A model generated the notes under the pieces. That model ran no database searches. It worked only from the letters and a program-made list of their open reading frames with translations, and was not told the origin of the DNA. A stretch of 64,000 nt of DNA from Andalucia godoyi And28 (Eukaryota; Protista; Jakobida): positions 192,304-256,303 of the forward strand of contig VRVR01000002.1 of the NCBI GenBank assembly GCA_009859145.1, in the 5' to 3' direction. Shown piece by piece: positions 1 to 11,691 of this stretch. The position numbers and the translations under genes were made by a program. Within the stretch, counting starts at the first letter, position 1. Each line of letters starts with the position of its first letter.

Positions 1-3000
1 TCAATCAACTTCGACATGTGCTTCATGATCAGATGAGGAGTCGATCCCTTTGAAAGAATGTCCACGAGATCCGAAGATGAGACGAAATAGAAGCGCGGAA
101 ATGCGCGGCGTTTCGTCTCCAAGTAGTCAGACAGTGCTTTCTCGCATTTTTCAAGATCGCCCTGCATCTCCGACAAAATCGAATACATGTCATCCTGTCG
201 TTTCATTCCATGACGAACGGTATCGTGCGTACAGACCTCGACAACGTTGCTGACATCCTTCGCAACTTCCATCATCTGACGGAAAACGGCATCGGTACCT
301 GAAAATCTCTTCGAATCATTGGGAAGTTGTTCTCGAATATCCGCTGATAGAATGAAGATCGGATAAAGATTTGACCAGGAACGTTGAACTTCAGTCCACA
401 GAGTAATCACATCCATGACCATTCCAAGCGTCCGGAGCCACTTCTTGACTTCCGAGTCGAAATATTCAACGAACTTGTTCGCTTGCATGTTCTGCAACAT
501 GACTTGGTTGTCTTCGAGAACCTCTACTATCTCGCCGACATCCGCAACTTTGTAAGTCTTCAGTGCTTCGTCGTGTTCATATGCCAGTACCATGCCCACC
601 CAAGTTTCCTCAATCTTCTTCAAATTCTTCTCGATTCCCAACTCCTTCTTGGCGCGGTCCACGATATCAAGAACTTCTACCTCGAACCTGTGGAGACCGA
701 GGTCCAAAAGATTCTTCAAGCTGAACGAATCGTCGTCAGGGTTGATGCTTCCTGGTGTTTTGGTTTCGCGGAGAAGACCTTTCCAGTGACGATCTCGCAT
801 CGCAGGAGAGCGCAGCTCTTGAACCAGCGGCAGAGCCACGAGCATATTCGCAACAGACTTCTCCAATCCAGTGTAGCAACCCCAGAATTTCACTCTGCTC
901 GGGAACTTCTTCACGTCCTTCATCAACTTCTTCGTTTCCTCGACAAGGTAGTCGACGTCAACACTCTTGAAAGACGTGGACATCCAGGAGGAAAACTGAT
1001 TCATCGACAGAGAGATGAAATCCCAAAGACCCTTGAGATCGACAATGTCGGAACGGCACTGCGACAGCTCTTTGTACTCCGACTGATTAAGTTCAAAGAG
1101 TTCCTGCAAATTCTGCAAAGATTTTGCGTCCTTTTCGATGTCACATAAGCGGAGCTGCTGCTCATCGAGGGAGTCGTAGGCCTGCTCAACACCGACATCA
1201 AACTCAAACGGAGCATTCTGCTGGAATCCAGAACGGAACACTGAGACCTTGTCGTTGAAACCCAGCATCTGGTCTTTGACCTTCTTTGCCTCTTGATCCT
1301 GAAGTGGAGACAGCTCCTCGCGGCGAGAAAACGTTTTCTTTTTGAGATTATTCCAAAGCAACGGGAGATTGTCCAAATCCTTCAGCTTTTCCTCCGGAAC
1401 ATCAACATCATGTCTCTTCAACATGCTTACAATGTCGCGTAACGGATCAAACATTGCATCTGTTGCTTCGGAGCGCAAACGAACGTCACGAATATAACCC
1501 ATAACTTCGAGTAAAGTATCCATGTCTCCGACCTGCACTTCCTTGTTGAGGTTCTGGTCCACCAGTTCAATGAATCCGCGAAGGTCGGTCAAAGAGTTGC
1601 TCACCTTATCCGCCAGGTAACCGGTGTACGATGCCTTCCACTTTCCGCAAGTCGAGGCCAAAGCGTTCTTGATTGGCTTTGCATCAATTCTGAGCCAGCC
1701 AATGTCCTCTGTATTCGGCAACTTGTGAATTTCGGACTGAATCTGCTCATACTTGATGATCTGTTCATCAAAGAGGCCAATCCGCGGGTCCTTTCCGTTC
1801 TCACCTTGACTGAGGAATTCCTCAAAGGATTCGTAAACGTCGCTAGTCCACAAGAAAGAAAACTTGAGGAACTGTTCTCGGAACGAGGAGCACTTACCTG
1901 CATTCGTCGACACAAGACCTTCAACGTGCTTAACCAAGGATTGCACCTCAGTGGAGGAATTGATCTCTGGGATATAGTCGTCTTCTCCAGTATCCAGACG
2001 CTTCAGGAAAACCCCAATGTGGCAGAATGTCTTCATCCACGTCTTGCACATGTTTTGAATAGACGTGGCGCCATCTGCTTCGAACAACGCGGGGGAGAAT
2101 GTGGCGCTCTTGTCCTTGCCAGAGTCATCGGGTGTTTGGACAACAAGCTCCAGTTGCACTTCCAGCAGCGGGCCAAGATCATTCTTCACAATAGATTCCG
2201 GATCGATCTGGTCTCGAAGATACTTGAGGGTAGACAAAATGGTAGTTCGGATGCCGTCCACAACGATGCCGTTCGCGTAGTCAACGTAATTCTTCCACGA
2301 AACAGATCCTTTGCCAATGTCTTTCAATGCTTTGAAGGAGTCGGCAAGTTTTTGGTGAATCTGAACGCCTCCTTCGCGGATCTTGGATTCACGAGACGCC
2401 ATTAATTCCTTGTGTTTGGTCTCGAACTTGACAGGATCATAAACATCTCCTTCCTTCCGTTCAAACATGGTTTGGGAAGCCCAGAGGGCAAGGATCTTCT
2501 CAATCTCATGAACATTATTCTTGAGCAGGGACAGGGTAGTATTGGCATCGCGAACATTGGTCATGGCGGCGGCGATGAAGTCGTCAATGCCATAACCCTT
2601 CCAATTCAGCGACGAAATACCCTTTTGGAGTTGCTCATCAATCGTCTTCATCTGGGTTTCCAACAAGGGTTTCTCGACCTCGAGCAAAGACTGCAACATT
2701 CCGTTGTACATGTTCACAATAAGCTCCAGTTTCCCAGTCTGCGTCCGGTAAACTTCTGCCTTCTTGAAAATATCGAGAGCCTCCTTCGGAATCGGCAATT
2801 TTTCCAGATCGCCGCGGTCCGCATTGATTTTCTCCAGATACGAAACTTCGCGGAGAAGACGGACCAACGCGGGATCAAAGTTGACATAAAGCAAGTTCGA
2901 ATCCTTGTCGCGTCGCAGGAGATACTGCTTCAACTTTTCCGCAGAGACGTTACCCACTTCCTGAGACCATTCCTGGTACTTTGCACGCTCGTATTCGCGA

Positions 3001-4862
3001 AGAGACTCTGTGATCTGTTCGTATGACTTCAAGAGCTCACGCGCCTCGTCCGTCTCCAGCATTGACTTATTCGACTGCTGAAACTTCTCCATGGGAATTA
3101 CAACACGATCCAGCAGCCCACGGCACCAAATGAGAGCTCCAGCCGTTGGAGGCATGTTGTCATAAACAGGAGGTGTTTCCTTGTTCTGACCAAAGATTTC
3201 CTGAACGTGTTTCAAATCGGTTCCGTAGGAGCGCAACAGATCTGTCTGTTTCTTTTCCAGATCGGCCTGGATAATTTCTCGTTCAAGCAACCCCTCGAAG
3301 GATTCAACCAGTTTGAACGCAGAAAACACAGTGGAGCAGTCGTCAAAGCCTTGCGAAAGAATGGAACCTAAACGTCGCTCGAGTTCTTTGATCACACACC
3401 GAAATTCATAGAAATCGTCATCAAACTGCTTTGACTCCACATCCAACAAGTCATAGGGAACGTGCTGAAACTTCTCAAAAGCTTGTTGGAAATCATGATG
3501 AATCTGTTCAACAGACTGACTGAGGGTCTTTCCTTTCGTCCCACCGATTTCGATCTTTTCCAGCTTAGAAAACTGTACAACCGTCTCAAGAAGATCCAGG
3601 ATGTCGTGGCATCGCTCTAGGAAATTATCAAGCCTTGAGAAGAGAGCGGTGTGTTGGATTCTCCAAGGATTATTTGGAATCTCATTCGACACTCGTGTCT
3701 TGTAGTCAAAATAGCAATCCTTGAACGATCCACAAACCTTCAGCGTGAGCTTCAACCGTTCAACCGCCTCTGCAGCCTCGACCTTGAAAACTTCTTCAGT
3801 ATTTACATACTCCCGAGCGTTCGCAATGATGGCGTTAGCGATTTCACGAATGACGACAACCAAGCGAGTTGGAGTGTTATAATACTTGGAATGCTTCCAT
3901 ACCAAGTACAAAAGATGAATCATCTTGCGAAAAGACGTGTGCAGTTCCGGGAACTCTATTCGCTCCGAAGATTCCGTGCTAATCTTTTCAAACCAGATCT
4001 TGAGCGGTGCAAGAAAACTGAGATTGTCGTTTGCTTCATCCCGAGCACCTTCTACCTCTTTGACCAATCGTTGGAAAGGTGAAACGTATGTGGACTTTGC
4101 AACTTCGAGAATGTTCAAAATCTTTTGAATCTTATCTCCAGCGAGCTGTTCGAAGATCGCATTGAGATTCTCCGACTTTGTGGACCAGAATTCAAGTTCC
4201 TTGAGGGGGCCTGGATGATCAGACCCTTTCAAGGCCATTTCTGGATCCATCTTCAGCACATTCTTGATCTGGCGTGTCCACGTGACGACCGCGGATTCCA
4301 GAGCATGCACCTTCTCCTTGTCTTTGGACGCCGCCTCCTCTGCATAAGTATCTTCTGCTGGGAGAGGAAGAAGAGTGGTTCCGCGAATTTGACCAATCGT
4401 CACATAAATCGATGACATGAATCGCTGGAGCGTCTCCATCACTTCCTTTCCAATCACTTCCGGGACCGCCTCCAGGTTTGCCTTGTTCTTAAGCAACGGG
4501 AAATACACGTCATGTGCCAGGCGGGAAAGAGATTCGAGAGGTGTGGAGATATCAAAAACATACAGGTCCTTGTCAACTGTGTCAGCGGTCAACGAAACGG
4601 CCTTTGTACGCAAGAAGAACATTGCCTTCTTCTTGTACCCGGCAAGAGGCTCCAGAGAAGCCTGAAGACCCGTAGAACCGTTCGAAATGAACAAAAGAGG
4701 AAGTTCTGGCTTCTCCCAGAAAGAAGCAACAATGGCTTTGGACTCGTCATTCGTCAAAAGCTTTTTAACATCCACTGGTTTGGCTTTCAGACCCGAAGTA
4801 ATGCGCTCTTCCAACCATAGGAAGCGAGCGTCCGTGATCTCCTCAGAAGCGGCAGGAGGCAT
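1..4862 (-). CDS. Axonemal dynein heavy chain, outer-arm beta type (DNAH9/11/17, ODA4-like); N-terminal ~1620 codons, runs off the left edge
   Basis: Translated by hand from ATG at 4862 (MPPAASEEITDARFLWLEER...). DHC_N1 motifs LESAVVTWTRQIKNVLK, ELEFW, NMPPTAGALIWCRGL. The DHC_N2 motif YLETKRRAFPRFYFVS..DLVDILSKG at the window start is in the same frame. Probably missing from the ORF track because it is open at the window edge. Confidence 0.93.
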   Translation of the reverse strand, partial: MPPAASEEITDARFLWLEERITSGLKAKPVDVKKLLTNDESKAIVASFWEKPELPLLFISNGSTGLQASLEPLAGYKKKAMFFLRTKAVSLTADTVDKDLYVFDISTPLESLSRLAHDVYFPLLKNKANLEAVPEVIGKEVMETLQRFMSSIYVTIGQIRGTTLLPLPAEDTYAEEAASKDKEKVHALESAVVTWTRQIKNVLKMDPEMALKGSDHPGPLKELEFWSTKSENLNAIFEQLAGDKIQKILNILEVAKSTYVSPFQRLVKEVEGARDEANDNLSFLAPLKIWFEKISTESSERIEFPELHTSFRKMIHLLYLVWKHSKYYNTPTRLVVVIREIANAIIANAREYVNTEEVFKVEAAEAVERLKLTLKVCGSFKDCYFDYKTRVSNEIPNNPWRIQHTALFSRLDNFLERCHDILDLLETVVQFSKLEKIEIGGTKGKTLSQSVEQIHHDFQQAFEKFQHVPYDLLDVESKQFDDDFYEFRCVIKELERRLGSILSQGFDDCSTVFSAFKLVESFEGLLEREIIQADLEKKQTDLLRSYGTDLKHVQEIFGQNKETPPVYDNMPPTAGALIWCRGLLDRVVIPMEKFQQSNKSMLETDEARELLKSYEQITESLREYERAKYQEWSQEVGNVSAEKLKQYLLRRDKDSNLLYVNFDPALVRLLREVSYLEKINADRGDLEKLPIPKEALDIFKKAEVYRTQTGKLELIVNMYNGMLQSLLEVEKPLLETQMKTIDEQLQKGISSLNWKGYGIDDFIAAAMTNVRDANTTLSLLKNNVHEIEKILALWASQTMFERKEGDVYDPVKFETKHKELMASRESKIREGGVQIHQKLADSFKALKDIGKGSVSWKNYVDYANGIVVDGIRTTILSTLKYLRDQIDPESIVKNDLGPLLEVQLELVVQTPDDSGKDKSATFSPALFEADGATSIQNMCKTWMKTFCHIGVFLKRLDTGEDDYIPEINSSTEVQSLVKHVEGLVSTNAGKCSSFREQFLKFSFLWTSDVYESFEEFLSQGENGKDPRIGLFDEQIIKYEQIQSEIHKLPNTEDIGWLRIDAKPIKNALASTCGKWKASYTGYLADKVSNSLTDLRGFIELVDQNLNKEVQVGDMDTLLEVMGYIRDVRLRSEATDAMFDPLRDIVSMLKRHDVDVPEEKLKDLDNLPLLWNNLKKKTFSRREELSPLQDQEAKKVKDQMLGFNDKVSVFRSGFQQNAPFEFDVGVEQAYDSLDEQQLRLCDIEKDAKSLQNLQELFELNQSEYKELSQCRSDIVDLKGLWDFISLSMNQFSSWMSTSFKSVDVDYLVEETKKLMKDVKKFPSRVKFWGCYTGLEKSVANMLVALPLVQELRSPAMRDRHWKGLLRETKTPGSINPDDDSFSLKNLLDLGLHRFEVEVLDIVDRAKKELGIEKNLKKIEETWVGMVLAYEHDEALKTYKVADVGEIVEVLEDNQVMLQNMQANKFVEYFDSEVKKWLRTLGMVMDVITLWTEVQRSWSNLYPIFILSADIREQLPNDSKRFSGTDAVFRQMMEVAKDVSNVVEVCTHDTVRHGMKRQDDMYSILSEMQGDLEKCEKALSDYLETKRRAFPRFYFVSSSDLVDILSKGSTPHLIMKHMSKLI

Positions 4863-5322
4863 TGCGTGTACACACACAGACGGAAAACAAGCTGGAAGAA
4901 AGACAGGATAAAAAGTAATTGCCTAAGAAAAGATGAATGCAAAAATAAAAATAATAAAAATAATGATAATAATGATTATAGTAAAATAAAAAATACCGAA
5001 AGTGGTGGTAATAAAAATATGCAAAAAAATATATATATATACATATGAAACGATCTGGCAAAAGCCTTTCTGCAGAGGGACGATGAAATTTTCCAACGAT
5101 TGCAAAAAGGACCATCTCTTTAGGTCTTACACACTGTCATCCTGCCCCGAACGCGGTTTGTTCTTACACATCTACGTCGGTTGCTATACATTGTAATTCG
5201 TAGGTAACGGCCTGCCGGATGTCGGGGAACGCGGATGACCAGTGACGACGAATTTGGCGCAACAACGCACACATAAAATAAAAACAAAACTAGGCTCTAA
5301 CGTTTTATGATGACTCACTCAG

Positions 5323-7277
<1,955 letters not shown>

Positions 7278-7420
7278 TCACATGAGTCCAGTCTGTGTAT
7301 TTTCCTTTTCTACATTTGTTTTTTCAATACATTTTTATTTTAAATTCTTTCTTCTATTCTTCTTCTTTCTGTTTTCTGTCTGTTATGTTGTTGCGATTGA
7401 AATTGGAATGAAAGGAACGG

Positions 7421-9835
7421 ATGAGCGAACCATTCCATCGAAAGCGGGCTTTTGCACAGGATGACGAGGACCAGAAGAAAAATGAATGTCGCGAAGACAT
7501 TGAAAAGAACAGGAAAGAGTCTCGAAGACGATATCTTGAAGAGCGCGAAAAGAAACTGCTGCGGGAACTCAGGGAATCCGTGGAAGATGAGCTTGCGCTG
7601 TTTGATCCGTCTGAGCTGTCTGTGGCGGAGCGATTGGAGCTGGAAAAGAAGCAGCAGATTCTCCGAATTGTAGAATCAAAGAGGAGCTTGTCTGGACTTC
7701 GAGAACAGAATTCGGATGATGATGCGCGGGAATTTGAGGAGCGATACAGCTTGTTGGTCGATCCCAGCCGACACAAGGTCTTGTTTTCTGCCCATTCTTC
7801 CGAGGTGCTTCCCGGGCGTAAGGACCCTAACTATGTCCCACCTCCGCCAAAGTCCTTCGTCATCAAGAAAGAGCGAGAGCGACTGCCAATCTTTCAGTTT
7901 CGAACACAACTGATGGATGCCATCAGAGAGAATCAAATCGTCATTGTGATTGGAGAGACAGGCTCTGGAAAGACCACACAACTTACTCAGTACTTGTATG
8001 AAGACGGATACTGCGCGAATGGTCAAAAAATTGGCTGTACGCAACCACGAAGAGTGGCAGCCATGTCGGTGGCGTCTCGGGTCTCGTATGAGTTGGGAAA
8101 ACGGGTGGGAACGCTCTGCGGCTATTCTGTTCGTTTTGAAGACTGTTCCTCTGCCGATACGAGGATCAAGTACATGACCGATGGCATGTTGCTGCGTGAG
8201 TTTCTCCGTGAGCCCGAACTGTCGTCGTACAGCGTCCTCGTCGTAGACGAAGCACACGAGCGGTCTCTACACACTGATGTCGTTCTTGGACTAGTCAAGG
8301 AAGTGTGCAATCATCGGAAGGATTTGAAGCTGATCATCTCCTCTGCCACGCTGGAGGCGGAAAAGTTCAGCTCGTTCTTCGGAGGTGCACCGACGTTATT
8401 TGTTCCGGGTCGCCGGTTTCCTGTCCAAATCAAGTATACGGTTCAACCTGAACCAGACTATCTGCTTGCTGCTGTTGTGACTGCTCTACAGGTCCATATT
8501 TCGCAGCCTGCAGTGGATGCAGATGCTGGAGTGATGGGAGATATTTTGATCTTCCTCACGGGTCAAGACGAGATCGAGCGTGCGGAAGAATTGCTGAAGG
8601 AAAGGATCAGGGGACTTGAGCAGCGGATGCCCGACCTGCTGATATGTCCGATTTACTCCGCGCTCCCCTCTGATCAGCAGCAAAAAATATTTCTTCCTAC
8701 ACCTCCAAAAACAAGGAAGGTCGTAATTGCCACAAACATCGCGGAAACATCGCTGACCATCGAAGGGATTGTGTACGTCATTGATTGCGGCTTTGCGAAA
8801 GTGAATTTCTTCAATGCCAAATCGAACGTGGAGCAGCTGCAAATCGTCCCGATTTCAAAAGCAAACGCCGAGCAACGCGCTGGCAGAGCAGGACGAACCC
8901 GCCCAGGAACGTGTTTCCGATTATACACTTCATGGGCCTTCCAGAACGAAATGGAGGATTCGAATATTCCAGAGATCCAGAGATCTAACTTGTCAAGTGT
9001 CGTGCTCTTGCTCAAATCTCTCGGAATCGATGACATTGTCAATTTTCCTTTTCTGGATCCGCCGCCGACAGCGTCGCTAATGTCGGCGCTTGAGCACCTG
9101 TATGCCCTCGGTGCGTTGACGGAATCCGGAGCATTGTCGACAATTGGATTCCGAATGTCGGAATTTCCGTTGGAGCCTCAGCTTGCACGAATGATTATCG
9201 CTTCTGAGAAGTTTGGAGTTGTGGATGAAGTTGTCGTTTGCGCTGCAATGCTGTCTGTAGGGCACAATCTTTTTTATAAGCCAAAGGGAAAAGAGGAGGC
9301 TGCGGAAAAAGCGAGGCTGGGATTTGTTGAATCTCGGGCGTTGGGAGATCACGTCCTGCTTGTGAACCTTTTCAATGCATGGGCAGCGTCGGAATTTTCT
9401 CCCCAGTTTTGCTTTGAGCGCTTCGTGCAGCTCCGCTCCATGAAACGCGCACGAGATGTGCGTGATCAGCTGTCAGCGATGCTGGATCGCGTCCGCGTCC
9501 AACGATCTTCCAATCCGCTCGACCATGAATCGATCCGGAAATCTGTTTGCTGTGGGTTCTTCTTCAATGTTGCAGCATTGCGAACCAGCGGTGATTACAA
9601 ATTATTGAAAGGTTCCGTGGTTGTTCATATTCATCCGAGCAGCATCATGAACGGAGAATTTCCGAAATGCGTGATGTTCCATGAACTCGTGCTGACGTCC
9701 AAGGAGTACATGCGACACGTCTGTGAAATTGACCCTGCGTGGTTGTCGTCGATTGCACCCCATTATTATTCATCGCAGGATTTGAAGTATCTGACGGAGA
9801 AGAAGCCGTTGACCGGCAAGGCTGGCAGAAGATAG
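7421..9835 (+). CDS. DHX16: Pre-mRNA splicing DEAH-box helicase DHX16/Prp2
   Basis: GETGSGKTTQ, TQPRRVAA, DEAH, SAT, QRAGRAGR, HA2 and OB regions. The N-terminal SRRRYLEEREKKLLRELRESVEDELALF segment is typical of DHX16. Confidence 0.85.
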   Translation: MSEPFHRKRAFAQDDEDQKKNECREDIEKNRKESRRRYLEEREKKLLRELRESVEDELALFDPSELSVAERLELEKKQQILRIVESKRSLSGLREQNSDDDAREFEERYSLLVDPSRHKVLFSAHSSEVLPGRKDPNYVPPPPKSFVIKKERERLPIFQFRTQLMDAIRENQIVIVIGETGSGKTTQLTQYLYEDGYCANGQKIGCTQPRRVAAMSVASRVSYELGKRVGTLCGYSVRFEDCSSADTRIKYMTDGMLLREFLREPELSSYSVLVVDEAHERSLHTDVVLGLVKEVCNHRKDLKLIISSATLEAEKFSSFFGGAPTLFVPGRRFPVQIKYTVQPEPDYLLAAVVTALQVHISQPAVDADAGVMGDILIFLTGQDEIERAEELLKERIRGLEQRMPDLLICPIYSALPSDQQQKIFLPTPPKTRKVVIATNIAETSLTIEGIVYVIDCGFAKVNFFNAKSNVEQLQIVPISKANAEQRAGRAGRTRPGTCFRLYTSWAFQNEMEDSNIPEIQRSNLSSVVLLLKSLGIDDIVNFPFLDPPPTASLMSALEHLYALGALTESGALSTIGFRMSEFPLEPQLARMIIASEKFGVVDEVVVCAAMLSVGHNLFYKPKGKEEAAEKARLGFVESRALGDHVLLVNLFNAWAASEFSPQFCFERFVQLRSMKRARDVRDQLSAMLDRVRVQRSSNPLDHESIRKSVCCGFFFNVAALRTSGDYKLLKGSVVVHIHPSSIMNGEFPKCVMFHELVLTSKEYMRHVCEIDPAWLSSIAPHYYSSQDLKYLTEKKPLTGKAGRR

Positions 9836-9907
9836 TTTGACGACATTCACTGTTGCGTTGTGCTGTTTGGCAAGTGTTTTTATGTAAAGGCCAGGCAGTA
9901 AGAAGGC

Positions 9908-11657
9908 TCAATTCTCTTCGTCGTGGAAAACTCCGGACTGCGAGGCGGATCTTGAAGCGACAGGGGAAACTTTTGGTGTTGGCCATGTATCGATGCCGGC
10001 TTTTCTGGCTTGGACTTTAGAACGAAGTCCTCCAGGAACTGCATTCTCAACAACGCGAACGTTGGCTTTCAAATTCTTTTGCGCATCGTCCTTGTACGCA
10101 ATGGTCGCAAAAACGGAAACGTGAATAATGTGCGTAGCGGTGACAACCTTTAGATCTTCCGCAATGTCCCCCACGCCACCTGCGGAAATTTCCACGTCGA
10201 CTTGCCGTGACATGCCAGGTGCCAAAGGCCCAGGAGAGTAAATAACATCAATATCTCTGCTTCTTGGTTTGGCGACTCGAAATCGGCCTACCTCATTGCC
10301 AACATTGGAGAGTTGGAACGACATCCGATAGACTCGGCCTTCGGGAACAGTGCCAAACCGCAACTCTGGAGGCCGCGCAATGATGTTCGACAAACCTTTG
10401 CCGGCGAGGGTGGTAGATGCCGTTGTCACAGATCGCTGCGTGTTGTCTTGCTTCGCATTCAATTCAGACGCCGCGACATTGCGTTTCAAGGAGTTCACTG
10501 CAGGCAGCGGAACCGGCCTGCCTGAAACCAGAGAGCTCCGGAGTGTTTTCCTTTGAAGAGGATTTGTGGAAACGAATCCACCGGTCTGCGAATGACGAGG
10601 TTCCTTGACTTGGAACTCTCCGGTGCTCCCTGCGTCGCCGTGAAAGACAACGTCTTCTTCGTCGTCGTCTCGTGCTCCGCCTTCAGGAACAGCGTTCTTG
10701 GATGAGCTCCCTTCATATCGATGACGACGAAAGTCTCCAACCATTCCATCTGACACACTTGCCAGGACCTGGGTCGACTCACTGAAAGCGCCTTCATCCA
10801 CGAGATCCTCTTCCGGAATTGCGCGACCCGTCTTTGGATCGATCATCATCTGGTTAATATCCGCCAACGCATCTTGTCCAGCTGGTACTTTCCAATAATT
10901 GTCGGATTGGGGGATCTCGTCACGCAGCGTATTTCTCGGAGGTCTCGCAGGCCTTGTTGAAACAGCAGAAGACGCGGCATCCGCCACGACAGGCTCGGCA
11001 GTTGAAGTCGACCCAGGATCCAAGAGGTCACCAGCAGCAATGCGGTCGTCCATGTCGTTTAAATGGCTAATACCGGCAACACCCTTGGAAGCCTTCCGAT
11101 GCAAAGCGTCGAGTAAACGACGTTGAAATCCTGCGTCGTCGGCCGTCCCGTTGTCTGACGAGGGAACAATGCTCTTGTTAAACTCGGCCCGTCTCGCCGT
11201 CCATTGAGTCCACTTATCAAAGACAGGGAGCACCGAGAACAGCGATCTTTCGATGCGAAGAAACTGGCGGGTGTACAGCGTCCCCCGAGCCCTGGAAGGC
11301 TCCAGCGGGCCTGGAATAACAGGGATAACAGCACGAGGGATCTGCAAATCTGCTTTGGAATTGGAGGAGCCACGACTGGGTCCTCGATACTTCAGGATCG
11401 TAATGGCTGTGGAAGAAGGGTCATCTGCTACAGGCTCTTGCACCAGAGAAATCTCAAATTCATCATTTGAAATGGAATTTGAAGCACCTGATGTTTCCGA
11501 TTCTTGTGCACGATCCCAGACAACGCGTTCCACGTCACTGAGAACATGACCCACGGATCTGGGCGACCATAGCTGGAAACCAGATCCGTCACGGTTAAAA
11601 ACAAAAACACAAGAATCGTGAGTCTGCTCCGCAACAGACGGAATGAAGGCTACCTTC

Positions 11658-11691
<34 letters not shown>

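Noticed and set aside
384-4820. Long plus-strand ORFs (384-1148, 1725-2405, 2412-3026 and others)
   Set aside because: Antisense shadows of the minus-strand dynein CDS, with no protein-like motifs. The same applies to most short overlapping ORFs in the track.
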